From Ostreococcus lucimarinus (taxonomy: Eukaryota): a stretch of 64,000 bases of DNA. The position numbers were made by a program, and so were the translations under genes. Where the stretch lies: NCBI GenBank assembly GCA_000092065.1, contig CP000585.1; one strand, given 5' to 3'. The notes below the pieces were generated by a model, which had not been told where the DNA came from, did no database searches, and saw only the letters and a list, made by a program, of their open reading frames with translations. Shown here piece by piece: positions 1 to 10,900 of the stretch. Numbering within the stretch: position 1 is the stretch's first letter; the number at the start of each line of letters is the position of its first letter.

Positions 1-1714
1 GGGGAGGCACTCCAGTAATAATAGGTTGAAGTACCCCACACCGCTCCATTTGAAGGTATAGTCGAGTTGAACGTAAAATCGCGTCGATTTGCAGACACCT
101 CAACTGGCACTTGTCCAGCAATATGATTAGGAACAGCGCATCGAATCTCACGACCGTGCACGTAGCTCGCTGTAACGGGGCCCAAGGTGCCAAATCTGCA
201 TCCGAGCTCAGAGGTATCGGAGAACCCTTCACCAACCAGAGAAACGCTCATAGTACCCGTAGTGGGTCCTAAGCTCGAGCTAATGCTCGTCAGATCTATA
301 CCATCGATATAATCAAGACCAGTCGAGGTGAAAGGGCCGATGCCGACGCCACTGGAATCTGTCCGACTGCCAAGTTGAGCTTTTATAATTGAGCCTCCAG
401 AAGCGTGGTTCGGCGTTTGAATGACGATCAAAGCAGACGAGACAATGTTGTAGTCGACGTTCGCATCATCAACGCTGAGTTTAAGAACTTCACTCTTTAA
501 ATCTGTGCCTGAAATCCACACTTGGCTGCCTCCTGCAGCGGGTGTGACTCGTGGGTTCAAACCAGTTATCGTCGGCACCGGTTGCACCATGACTTGATCG
601 AAAGAAACACCTCCAACTTCGTCTATGGCTGAGACTGTAGTGAAGCCTCCAGGTAGTTGCGGCGCGATATACACGCTGACTATGGTGCTCGACATTGTCG
701 CGTTTCCTCGACCGAATTCGACGAAGGACAAAGTAGGAACTAGCAAGTAGGACGCCGAGCTTCTCCACAAGAAGAAGTAACCGCCTTGCTTGCTAGAAAC
801 GCCGTGATCCAAAATAACTGGCGGATCTACTGGCGCAACGTAAGTCATGGGGCTTGACGCACAGCTTTTCGATGGCGACAATGCGCTATAAACACTCGCG
901 CATACACTCGAACTCGCCGATGAAACACCAGCCGGGGACACGCACGTCACAACCAGTGAACTGACGTACTGCGCAGCGATGGGACCAATTGAACCAAACG
1001 AACACACGGCAGAGTTGTCTATGAGAGGAATGTTCGTGCCTGTGAGCGTAACCAACGTCCCTCCAATATCACCGCTCGACGATGGCGCGATGCTCGAGAC
1101 CACCGGAGCAGCTTGTCGAGACAGTGGGTAAGCGCCATCGCCACCCTCGATGGTCAAGCGCGTCGACACTTTTGTCGTCGCGACTGACTCGCACCGGATC
1201 AAACTAGAGGAGATTATGTGTGGCGCAACCGCGCTCGTGGCGTCAAATAAACAGTGGAATTGATCGGCATCATCAGCGATAAAGTGCTGCACGGTCAACG
1301 TGAATAGCTCACCAGGCATAGTTGACGCGCCAGGAGGGGAAACGCTCAGCAATAGTGGCGTCTCTTTGATCAAATACGAAACGCTCATCGTCTGGCCGCG
1401 CGAAATCACGCTCACGGCAGTGTAACCAACGCCAACAGGGTCGAGCGTGCACGCAAACTCGGACGCCCAAGTAGAGTTGAGCGAGAGAGCGATCCCATCG
1501 CAAGATGCGCTCGCCAACCAAGCGCCGAGAATAGTCACCGACGCTGGCAACTCCGTGGCACTCAAGCTCGGTGGCAGCGTCTCGGTGATTTCAGAAGTGG
1601 ACACGTACGTTATGTCTTTGGATGTTGTCGATGATAGGCCATCGGCGTGCACCCTAAACTTCGTACTGGTGCTATCGACCAGATGAGCGGGACTCACACA
1701 GTTTGCCGCTGTGC
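1..1714 (-). CDS. IPT/TIG-repeat protein coding continuation (partial, runs off the window start); either the true 3' part of the 1672..6702 gene or a 5'-truncated paralog/pseudogene
   Basis: Minus-strand translation from 1714 down to 1 has no stop codon (571 codons) and encodes IPT/TIG-like repeats (e.g. VTPAAGGSQVWISGTDL, GPTTGTMSVSLVGEGF, CRFGTLGPV). Positions 965..1714 are identical to 2814..3563, which is coding in the large gene. The frame is +1 relative to the 1672..6702 ORF, so it is not joined to it as the sequence stands. Confidence 0.5.
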
Positions 1715-2679
1715 ATGCCGACAGCGGCGAAGCCTTCTTCACCGGCGGGATTCGCGCATTCAACTTCACCAAAGCGGCTAATCGTACCAGCTACCGCAGC
1801 ACCACTCATCACGCAATCATAGCTATCGCCTACACTGCCAGCCAAACCAAAGAGGCTGATGGCAGTACCACCAGCTAGAGGGCTTGTAGGAGGAATGATG
1901 GCGACTACGTCAACACCCGTGCTGTACACGAATGACTGCGCCGTGTCCGCGTACACATTGCCCAGGATAGCGACTTGAATATCAACCGTTTCATCGTAGT
2001 ACGACGGAGCGGTACACTCCACTTTCTTATCGTGTATAGTTCGTGCTTCGATGTACGAAACCGTACCTATGCGACAGTAGACAACGCCGCCGCCCTCAAA
2101 ACCAGTTCCCGTGACGGTGACGACGGTGCCGCCAGCCAATACTCCTCGTGTCGGACTGACACTACTCATCGTGAGTATGTCGACCACGCTCAGCGACATT
2201 ACCGTTCGACTCCACACGCCGTCGTCACTCGCGCTACCAAACCCGACTTGTGCATCCGTATTGCCGACGGCGCCCACCAAATGGGAAGCGCACTTGACCA
2301 AAGCAGATGACACGAAAGTCGCGTCTACGGCTTTGTCACCAAAGGAGCAGAGTACATTCGCCTCGTCGACAAAGTCTGAGCCTAGCATATAAACGACAGT
2401 TGGAATGAAGTTCTGGAGAACGACGGGAATCGAGCCTGACACAATTGGAGACGTGTAGTAAGCAAACGCCGCAGGTTCGCTCACGCGCTCGTCGCTTGCA
2501 AAAGTGTACGAGTAAACCTGAACGAAACCCGGTGTCGTGCTACCTGAAACGGTACATGGGTCGAGTAGAACACCACCGACTTTGCACCCTGTACCGCCGC
2601 TGTAGACAACCGACCAGACCAGGCTCAGAGATGTTGATCCGACGTTGTTCACGACAGACGGCATGACGGCGCCGAGAAT
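965..2679. repeat. Lower copy of a ~2.2 kb intragenic segmental duplication (segment A 965..1714 + segment B 1715..2679)
   Basis: 965..1714 equals 2814..3563 (offset 1849) and 1715..2679 equals 4013..4977 (offset 2298), with one mismatch seen near 2659 (gac vs gat). Six-frame ORFs 1309..1521, 1447..1686, 1975..2310 and 2111..2392 give proteins identical to 3158..3370, 3296..3535, 4273..4608 and 4409..4690. Confidence 0.9.
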
Positions 2680-5600
2680 GTCCGATCGCTGAAGCGCGTG
2701 TGTAGTATTGCAGCTTCTGGACGGTGATGCAGTGCTGAAAACGCTCACACAGATATTTGCCGATGAACTCACCACACCTGCAGGAGACACACACTGTACT
2801 GTCGTAGTAGTGGCGTACTGCGCAGCGATGGGACCAATTGAACCAAACGAACACACGGCAGAGTTGTCTATGAGAGGAATGTTCGTGCCTGTGAGCGTAA
2901 CCAACGTCCCTCCAATATCACCGCTCGACGATGGCGCGATGCTCGAGACCACCGGAGCAGCTTGTCGAGACAGTGGGTAAGCGCCATCGCCACCCTCGAT
3001 GGTCAAGCGCGTCGACACTTTTGTCGTCGCGACTGACTCGCACCGGATCAAACTAGAGGAGATTATGTGTGGCGCAACCGCGCTCGTGGCGTCAAATAAA
3101 CAGTGGAATTGATCGGCATCATCAGCGATAAAGTGCTGCACGGTCAACGTGAATAGCTCACCAGGCATAGTTGACGCGCCAGGAGGGGAAACGCTCAGCA
3201 ATAGTGGCGTCTCTTTGATCAAATACGAAACGCTCATCGTCTGGCCGCGCGAAATCACGCTCACGGCAGTGTAACCAACGCCAACAGGGTCGAGCGTGCA
3301 CGCAAACTCGGACGCCCAAGTAGAGTTGAGCGAGAGAGCGATCCCATCGCAAGATGCGCTCGCCAACCAAGCGCCGAGAATAGTCACCGACGCTGGCAAC
3401 TCCGTGGCACTCAAGCTCGGTGGCAGCGTCTCGGTGATTTCAGAAGTGGACACGTACGTTATGTCTTTGGATGTTGTCGATGATAGGCCATCGGCGTGCA
3501 CCCTAAACTTCGTACTGGTGCTATCGACCAGATGAGCGGGACTCACACAGTTTGCCGCTGTGCTTGATGACCACTGCGCCGAAACAAGAATCGTGCCGAA
3601 GGAACAATATAGAGTGTTGTCGTTTGGCATGTTCGAGCCCGTCACGTACACGACGCTCCCGCCCGAAATAGCAATCCCAGTCGGAGTCACAGAGCTCAGC
3701 GTGACGGCAGCGCGTGACGCAAACGTCAGCGCGTTACTCACCAAGTTGCCATTTTGCTTCACACTAGCGCTGAACACGGCTGCGGTCGAAATTGGGAGCT
3801 CTGTAACGACTAGCGCTGAGCTGACAAAGTGACTCGAAGCGCCGGCGTTAGCTTCAAGAGACAGGTATGCAGAGTCACGCATGTGTGAGCCTGAAGTGTA
3901 AATCAACGTGCCACCCGACGTTGGGCCGTTCAGAGGGTAAACAGATGATATCACCGGTGCCCGCGCGTATTCGATGGTTTGCTGATCAATCTCGTCATCG
4001 ATGATGCTCCCAATGCCGACAGCGGCGAAGCCTTCTTCACCGGCGGGATTCGCGCATTCAACTTCACCAAAGCGGCTAATCGTACCAGCTACCGCAGCAC
4101 CACTCATCACGCAATCATAGCTATCGCCTACACTGCCAGCCAAACCAAAGAGGCTGATGGCAGTACCACCAGCTAGAGGGCTTGTAGGAGGAATGATGGC
4201 GACTACGTCAACACCCGTGCTGTACACGAATGACTGCGCCGTGTCCGCGTACACATTGCCCAGGATAGCGACTTGAATATCAACCGTTTCATCGTAGTAC
4301 GACGGAGCGGTACACTCCACTTTCTTATCGTGTATAGTTCGTGCTTCGATGTACGAAACCGTACCTATGCGACAGTAGACAACGCCGCCGCCCTCAAAAC
4401 CAGTTCCCGTGACGGTGACGACGGTGCCGCCAGCCAATACTCCTCGTGTCGGACTGACACTACTCATCGTGAGTATGTCGACCACGCTCAGCGACATTAC
4501 CGTTCGACTCCACACGCCGTCGTCACTCGCGCTACCAAACCCGACTTGTGCATCCGTATTGCCGACGGCGCCCACCAAATGGGAAGCGCACTTGACCAAA
4601 GCAGATGACACGAAAGTCGCGTCTACGGCTTTGTCACCAAAGGAGCAGAGTACATTCGCCTCGTCGACAAAGTCTGAGCCTAGCATATAAACGACAGTTG
4701 GAATGAAGTTCTGGAGAACGACGGGAATCGAGCCTGACACAATTGGAGACGTGTAGTAAGCAAACGCCGCAGGTTCGCTCACGCGCTCGTCGCTTGCAAA
4801 AGTGTACGAGTAAACCTGAACGAAACCCGGTGTCGTGCTACCTGAAACGGTACATGGGTCGAGTAGAACACCACCGACTTTGCACCCTGTACCGCCGCTG
4901 TAGACAACCGACCAGACCAGGCTCAGAGATGTTGATCCGACGTTGTTCACGACAGATGGCATGACGGCGCCGAGAATATCGGTTGAGTCGTAAACGAACA
5001 ACTTATCACCCCAAAATGAATGCGATATACCATCGCGGCGCCCGACACCTACGGGAATACTACCTATCATGTGCGCTGGGGTGACGCACTGTACTTGTGT
5101 GGTTGAGTAATAACTTGCCAACACGGATATTGATCCATATCTACAAAGCAAGTCATCTGTATCCTTGAAATTTGCCCCACGAACTCTGACCGCAGTCCCG
5201 CCCTCGAGGCCTCCCGTGCTCGGTAAAACGGAGCTAATCTCCGCGAGTGCAGTAAAATACACGCTAGTGATTTCCACACTCGCGCTTGGTGCACTATAAA
5301 GATACTCCTCGCCTTCAGTATGCGGAGGAATCTCACATTGAATGAGAGAGGAAGATACAAAGTGAACCGGAGCGGATGCATCCGAGCCGACTCTACATAA
5401 CGATGCAGTAGAGAGGCTGATACCGCTGAGTGATATCACCGATCCTCCAGATGTGGTGACGTATGTCGGTACGGCAGAAATATTTGTCCCAGTGTACACC
5501 ACTGTAGTTTCATCGCCAACCACTTCTGTGTACGTGTCTTCGCTGTCTGCGGGATACGCAAATGTCGGGAACGTGGTGCAAGGCTTGAAAGAGTCTATAT

Positions 5601-6702
5601 TTGGCCCGGTCCAAAGTTCAACGCTCGTGCTCGGATGTTGCGAAGCCGGAGAGATGCACGTAACAGTCCTATTGATCGTCAACGTGTCCATCACCGCGCT
5701 TACCGTGATTGTGCCGAAATGACATGAATAACCAAACATGTTATTCGGCTCGACGAGATCTTCGTTCCCACTTCCCTGAAGCACGACGGCGACGCCTCCG
5801 TATTCAGCCTTGGTAGAATTCCACGTGGTGAAAATTTCTATCGAGCATGGCTCTCGCCAAACTTCGAATGCCCGACTACCGCTGAGAGATCCCGAGTCTC
5901 CCCAGGAACGCAAAGACGTGTCGGTCATCCCGACTGTCGAAAAAGCCGGCGTCTCGCACTTCATAAATGCACTGGAAACGACCTCTGAGGGCGCTAACCC
6001 GCTCACAGCCGGCACTGTGCCGGTACTTCCGGCCCCAAACGCGCATTTGCTCGATCCGGGCACAAAGTTTGAACCGCTCACTCGCAACACCCCGCCCCCA
6101 CCTATATCCCATCCGTACGGAAACACTTGCTCGAGCTTCACCGGCTCGTGCAGCGTAAATGTGATCCTATCGCTAGTAAAATCTAATCCATTCATCGAAA
6201 CCTCGACGTAGGCATATCCTTTACTCAACCGTAGACTCGGTGACACCGTGCACCGCACTAACGTCGAGCTGACGTGCGTGAGCGGCACCACAAAGTCCCC
6301 GACTCGACACGCCGACACGTTCGTCGAAAAGAACGACGCGCCGTGCACGTCTACGGTTAAATTATTCTGATTCAACTGCGACGAAGGCCACACTCCCCAA
6401 TCCGCGGGATCCAGCATCTCCACTCCCGCGTTCGTCGTTCGCGCCACCGACGCGACGAGCGCGACGAGCGCCCACACACCCCGTCCTCGCGCCGTCGTCG
6501 TCCTCGCCCGCCCTCGCGCTCGCCCGTTCAAACGCCGCGACGTCGTCCCCGCGCCCACCCCATCGTCGTCGACCGTTTCGATCGTCCTCGACGTCGTCCC
6601 GCGCGACGTTTCCAACGTCCACCACCGCGTCATCGCTCTTTCGCCGCCGTCCCGCGCGTCGTCGACGCTTCGCGCGCGCGTCATCGCGCTCGAATCAATC
6701 AA
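1672..6702 (-). CDS. Giant secreted/surface IPT/TIG-domain repeat protein (1676 aa ORF; N-terminal hydrophobic segment; real ATG probably at MTRARS or MTRWW a few codons in)
   Basis: Continuous 5 kb ORF. Reiterated TIG-like units (PTSGPLAGGTAISLFG, GGTVVTVTGTGF, SPTRGVLAGGT, C[RS]FG[ST]I motifs). A hydrophobic stretch VWALVALVASVA near the N-terminus. The protein contains an internal ~330-aa perfect repeat. Confidence 0.8.
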   Translation of the reverse strand: MIDSSAMTRARSVDDARDGGERAMTRWWTLETSRGTTSRTIETVDDDGVGAGTTSRRLNGRARGRARTTTARGRGVWALVALVASVARTTNAGVEMLDPADWGVWPSSQLNQNNLTVDVHGASFFSTNVSACRVGDFVVPLTHVSSTLVRCTVSPSLRLSKGYAYVEVSMNGLDFTSDRITFTLHEPVKLEQVFPYGWDIGGGGVLRVSGSNFVPGSSKCAFGAGSTGTVPAVSGLAPSEVVSSAFMKCETPAFSTVGMTDTSLRSWGDSGSLSGSRAFEVWREPCSIEIFTTWNSTKAEYGGVAVVLQGSGNEDLVEPNNMFGYSCHFGTITVSAVMDTLTINRTVTCISPASQHPSTSVELWTGPNIDSFKPCTTFPTFAYPADSEDTYTEVVGDETTVVYTGTNISAVPTYVTTSGGSVISLSGISLSTASLCRVGSDASAPVHFVSSSLIQCEIPPHTEGEEYLYSAPSASVEITSVYFTALAEISSVLPSTGGLEGGTAVRVRGANFKDTDDLLCRYGSISVLASYYSTTQVQCVTPAHMIGSIPVGVGRRDGISHSFWGDKLFVYDSTDILGAVMPSVVNNVGSTSLSLVWSVVYSGGTGCKVGGVLLDPCTVSGSTTPGFVQVYSYTFASDERVSEPAAFAYYTSPIVSGSIPVVLQNFIPTVVYMLGSDFVDEANVLCSFGDKAVDATFVSSALVKCASHLVGAVGNTDAQVGFGSASDDGVWSRTVMSLSVVDILTMSSVSPTRGVLAGGTVVTVTGTGFEGGGVVYCRIGTVSYIEARTIHDKKVECTAPSYYDETVDIQVAILGNVYADTAQSFVYSTGVDVVAIIPPTSPLAGGTAISLFGLAGSVGDSYDCVMSGAAVAGTISRFGEVECANPAGEEGFAAVGIGSIIDDEIDQQTIEYARAPVISSVYPLNGPTSGGTLIYTSGSHMRDSAYLSLEANAGASSHFVSSALVVTELPISTAAVFSASVKQNGNLVSNALTFASRAAVTLSSVTPTGIAISGGSVVYVTGSNMPNDNTLYCSFGTILVSAQWSSSTAANCVSPAHLVDSTSTKFRVHADGLSSTTSKDITYVSTSEITETLPPSLSATELPASVTILGAWLASASCDGIALSLNSTWASEFACTLDPVGVGYTAVSVISRGQTMSVSYLIKETPLLLSVSPPGASTMPGELFTLTVQHFIADDADQFHCLFDATSAVAPHIISSSLIRCESVATTKVSTRLTIEGGDGAYPLSRQAAPVVSSIAPSSSGDIGGTLVTLTGTNIPLIDNSAVCSFGSIGPIAAQYATTTTVQCVSPAGVVSSSANICVSVFSTASPSRSCNTTHALQRSDILGAVMPSVVNNVGSTSLSLVWSVVYSGGTGCKVGGVLLDPCTVSGSTTPGFVQVYSYTFASDERVSEPAAFAYYTSPIVSGSIPVVLQNFIPTVVYMLGSDFVDEANVLCSFGDKAVDATFVSSALVKCASHLVGAVGNTDAQVGFGSASDDGVWSRTVMSLSVVDILTMSSVSPTRGVLAGGTVVTVTGTGFEGGGVVYCRIGTVSYIEARTIHDKKVECTAPSYYDETVDIQVAILGNVYADTAQSFVYSTGVDVVAIIPPTSPLAGGTAISLFGLAGSVGDSYDCVMSGAAVAGTISRFGEVECANPAGEEGFAAVGMHSGKLCESRSSGR
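2814..4977. repeat. Upper copy of the segmental duplication (A' 2814..3563, unique segment C 3564..4012, B' 4013..4977)
   Basis: See the lower copy. Segment C (449 bp, not a multiple of 3) is present only here; its absence between A and B in the lower copy shifts the reading frame. Confidence 0.9.
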
Positions 6703-7017
6703 TCGCGCCTTCGCGTCGTCGTCGCGTCTCCGCTCGCGTCTCCGCGCGTCGTCGCGCGTCGTCGCGCGTCGCGGCGTTCATCGGCGTTTCGTTCGCGCGT
6801 CGCGCGTCGCCGCGTCGTCGTCGACGCGCTCGTCGCGCTCGCGCGCGCGCGTCTGGTCGCGCGCGTCGCCCCGCGGCTCGCAAACGGCCGGACGATCGCG
6901 CGGTGCGCGAGGTGCGCACACGAGGACGGGATTCGATAGTTTGCGATGACACGAACGATGGATGGATGCGGCGCGGTGCGATTCGCGACGCGCGAGACGG
7001 CGACGCGCGGTTGAGCG

Positions 7018-7899
7018 ATGTCGAACGGCGATGACGACGACGCGCGCGCGAACGACGGCGCGGACGACGCGAAGGCGACGGGAGACGCGACGGGAGACGC
7101 GAACGCCGGCGACGGGGACAATCGGCGGACGGCGCGAGACGGCGCGCGAGCGACGCGCGAGGGCGACGACGGCGAGGACGCGCGACCGCGAGGGAAGAGG
7201 CCGGACATCTCGAACTTGGTGTCGGTGAAGATCGATAACGTGTCGTACGAGCTGCGGGAGGAGGATCTGCGCGAGGCGTTCGAGAAGTTTGGGGACGTCG
7301 GGGACGTGTACATTCCGAAGGAGCGCGGGAGCTATCGCGCGCGGGGGTTCGCGTTCGTGAGGTATCACTCGAGAGAACACGCGGAGGCGGCGGTGAGCGC
7401 GATGCACGAGACGGAGTTGGGCGGGAGACACATTCGAGCCGCCATCGCGGAGCGTGGACGCCCGGAGGGAGGGTACCAAGCGAACAATAACCGCGGTAGA
7501 TACGAAGCCAGACGGCCGTACGACGACGATCGAAGAAGGGACGATTACAGAGACCGTCGCAGAGACAGCGACGGGTACCGCAGAGACGATTATCGCAGAG
7601 ACGATTATCGCAGAGACGATTATCGCAGAGACGATTATCGCAGAGATGATTATCGCAGAGACGACTACAGAGACCGTCGCGACGACTACAGAGACCGTCG
7701 CGACGACTACAGAGATCGACGCGACGATTACAGAGATCGACGACGAGACGATTACAGAGACCGACGAGACGATAGCAGACGGAGCGGTTACTCGGGTCAC
7801 GATGACCGACGTGGCTACGACGACCATCGAGGACGTGACGATAGATACGACGGGCGTCGGGACTCTCGCTCGGCTCCGCCGCCGCCGTCGCGCGAATGA
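7018..7899 (+). CDS. RRM-domain SR-like RNA-binding protein with a C-terminal Arg-Asp-Tyr repeat tail, (RDDYR)n and (YRDRRDD)n
   Basis: ATG at 7018. RNP-2-like VSVKIDNV and RNP-1 RGFAFVRY. An acidic N-terminus and a C-terminal tail of RDDYR units. The 378-aa ORF on the opposite strand (6778..7914) is a repeat-driven antisense artefact. Confidence 0.8.
   Translation: MSNGDDDDARANDGADDAKATGDATGDANAGDGDNRRTARDGARATREGDDGEDARPRGKRPDISNLVSVKIDNVSYELREEDLREAFEKFGDVGDVYIPKERGSYRARGFAFVRYHSREHAEAAVSAMHETELGGRHIRAAIAERGRPEGGYQANNNRGRYEARRPYDDDRRRDDYRDRRRDSDGYRRDDYRRDDYRRDDYRRDDYRRDDYRRDDYRDRRDDYRDRRDDYRDRRDDYRDRRRDDYRDRRDDSRRSGYSGHDDRRGYDDHRGRDDRYDGRRDSRSAPPPPSRE
7579..7770 (+). repeat. Coding tandem repeats: 15-bp unit cgcagagacgattat (~6 copies) followed by 21-bp unit gactacagagaccgtcgcgac (~4 copies)
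   Basis: Seen directly in the sequence. They encode the RDDYR and YRDRRDD repeat tail of the RRM protein. Coordinates are approximate (+/- a few nt). Confidence 0.7.
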
Positions 7900-7952
7900 T
7901 TCCTTATCGCGCACTAAATCTACTCAAATAATCAATACAATCAAACAAGTTG

Positions 7953-10900
7953 CTAATTTTTTTTCCCAAACTTTGCTTGCAAAGCCGCGAGACTCGAGGC
8001 AGACGAATCAGTCGCGGGCGTTGCTGGTTTTGAGTCTGATGGCGTGGCGCTGGGCAAAAAGCTTTGTTTTTTGCCCTTCTTCTTCTTTGACACCGTCTTC
8101 TTGCCCGTGCTCGCCGACCCACTGATTTCCACGGTGTGCGCTGGAGCCAATATTCTCTGTGCTCCAGCTTGAACGGTGAGCAAACCATCTTCGTCGTCGA
8201 TGACTTTGCCTCGGAACCCCGACTTTTTGACGACGACGACGTCTCCGACGGTGGCTTGCATATCATCCTCTGAGAGCTCAAAGTCTCCGAAGGAGCTTTT
8301 CGTGTTCCCAGTCGGGGTCGGTTTTGACACGCGAGCAGACGATGCGAGTAAGTCATCTGCGCGTCTTGCGGCTTGGGATGCGCCACGAACCTTTTTAATC
8401 TTCATCTTTGGCGGCGCCGTGGTCGCAACGAAGGCCTGCGACACGTCTTCGAGGCCCACCTTCACTTGCATGATCCCAGCCTGAACTGTCACCGTCGATC
8501 CGTCAACGGAAACAACTTTACCGCTCATGCCTGTCGACGCTATTTTCACATCTTCTCCGGAGGAAGGAATCCAGTTCGCGAGAAGTGCATCCTGCTCCGC
8601 TTTCAGTTGCTCCTCTGCCTCTCTCGCCAATCGCGCGGCGCGCTCGCGATCCGTCTCACCCGACGCTGCTGCGGAAATCTTGGACGGTGCGATGGCGTTT
8701 TTCTGCTTTTCTACTCTCGCTACTTCCGCAACTCGTGCCTTCGCATCTCGCATCATTGTCATTACCGTACTCGCTTGCGCATATGCGGCAGCCTCTCTCG
8801 CAGAGCGAATGAAGCCCATCGCGTTTTCGACTCGTGGCAAAGTGGCATCGATTTCATCAAGCATACCGATTGCGGTCGCAATATCCGCGTCTGCATCGCG
8901 GCGTGCGGTTTCAAGTTTAGATATTGTATCATCTAAGCTCACCAAACCTTCTCCAAGTAATTCTCGAGCTTCGTGAACGACGTCCGCATCCAATTTATAT
9001 CTCGTAGCGATTTGCAGCGCGCTTGAACGCCCGGGCACTCCCCACAAGAGCTTGTAAGTCGGTCGTAAGTCCGCTTCATCGAATTCGACAGCAGCGTTTT
9101 CGAACTCCTCGTGTTCGTACTTGAGCGCTTTCAACTGCCCGTGATGCGTCGTCGCAAAAGTGAGGCAAGCGCCCAGTTGGCCGGGAATAATTCCAGCGAG
9201 CGCTTTGAGCAACGCATAACCAATCGCGGCGCCTTCGGCTGGTGACGTGCCCGTACCGACCTCGTCCATCAACACGAGTGATTCTGGCGTGCTCTGCTCG
9301 AGAATTGCTTGAGCTCGAGTGAGACGCCCACTAAAAGTACTGAGACTCGTCAAAAGGCTTTGATCGTCACCGATATCCACGAGCACCTTGTCAAAGAATG
9401 GAATGACGGCGCGCTCTGCAGGGATGAATATCCCGGATTTCGCCATGAGCGCGGCGAGGCCTACGGCCTTCATCGCCGCTGTTTTACCACCAGTGTTTGG
9501 ACCTGTAATGACGACGACCTTTGTTCGCTTAGATGCGAAAATATCTACAGGAATAGGTCCCTTAAGCTTTGGCGCGCCATCTTCTTCGACTTCGTCAAAA
9601 TCGTCAAAGAAATCATCAAAAATAGCATCTTTCGTGGTTGAAGATTTGATGGACCCTCGCGTCGCGACTTTGTACCCCGTTGAACTACTGCCTCGTGAAT
9701 TTTGCGACTCCACGGCTTCTGCAGCGGCCTGGCGCCTCTCCGCGGCGGCTTCGATGGCTTGAGATGCCAATACGGGCTGTCGCAAACCGACAAGCTCGAG
9801 GAGTAAAGAAGATTTTTCTATCGGTGGTTTCTTCGTCTGTTCTCGCGCTTCATCGAATCCTTCGTCGTCTTGCTCTTCAATGTCCTCATCTTCATCTTCA
9901 TCTTCATCTTCATAAGCTTCGTAGAAGCCGTCATCGTCATCAGCAAAGACAGAAAACTCGGGGCGCACACCGTTGAGAGCTTGACTGTATCTGCACTTGG
10001 CCGCGATGACGTCCAACTTGATGACGATTTCTAAACACGCGAACAACTCCTCCACCACGAGCGCGATATCGTTCGATAGTTCGCGCTTGATGGCGTCTAT
10101 CGCACTCTTTTCCGCGTCCACAGCTTGTGCTAGCTCTCTATTCAACGTCACAATCCCCGGTGGCTCGATGAGCACAAGCGCGCCGCCAGCCATCGTACCG
10201 ACGACGAGCACGTCAGGCGGCGCCGGCGCCGGGATAGCGAGCACCATACGACCTTGGTGCGTTGTTGGCGTTCCTTTTCCTTGCATTGCCTTCTTAAGCT
10301 TTCCTTCCGCCGCTCCCTTTTGCGCTCGCGCGCGACGCAGTTCCGGACTCGCATTGTCGCGAAATTCGCCCGTCTCCTCCACCGCGCCTCGAATCTTCTC
10401 CGCTAGTTCGGAGTGCGTGATCATCTCGCCCGAAATCGCACGCAACGGTACCAAGGCCCGCGGTCGTCGCCCACTCTCCGTCACGCCTTCTATGGATGTC
10501 TTCAATCTCTTCGCGCTCTCCAAGAACGCCGCCGTCGCCGCGAGTTCGTCCCCGCCCAGCGGCGACCCTTGCCTCGTTTTATAAAATCCTCGTCGCACCT
10601 CCGCCGTGAGCATGCCTCCGAACTCGAGCGATACGCCGTGTTTACTCTCCATCGCCATCGCCGCTTCGGTCTCATCCAGCGCCTTCCGCGCCTCTCTCGA
10701 CGTCGTCGACGCCTCCAGCGTCTCGCACGCCGCCTTCCCCAGCGCCGTCGACGCGCGCTTCGCCAAGAACATTCGCGCGTCGTCCCATCCCGCCGAAGCT
10801 AGCGACTTTTCCAGCAAGTCTCGTCGCACCGCGTCCGCGTCCTTCCGCGACGGCCCGAACGACGCTTTCCGCGCCGACGTCACGACCGCGCCGGCCGAGT

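Noticed and set aside
1672-1720. GTGAGT at the A/B junction as a donor of an intron that would restore the IPT/TIG frame
   Set aside because: There is no suitably placed CTRAC...YAG acceptor giving the required +1 shift without deleting conserved TIG sequence. The frameshift is better explained by the 449-bp deletion or an assembly collapse.
6778-7914. 378-aa ORF on the minus strand fully overlapping the RRM gene
   Set aside because: Low-complexity translation (runs of VSA/IVS) of the antisense of the RDDYR repeat array. The plus frame carries RNP-1 and RNP-2 motifs and an ATG start.
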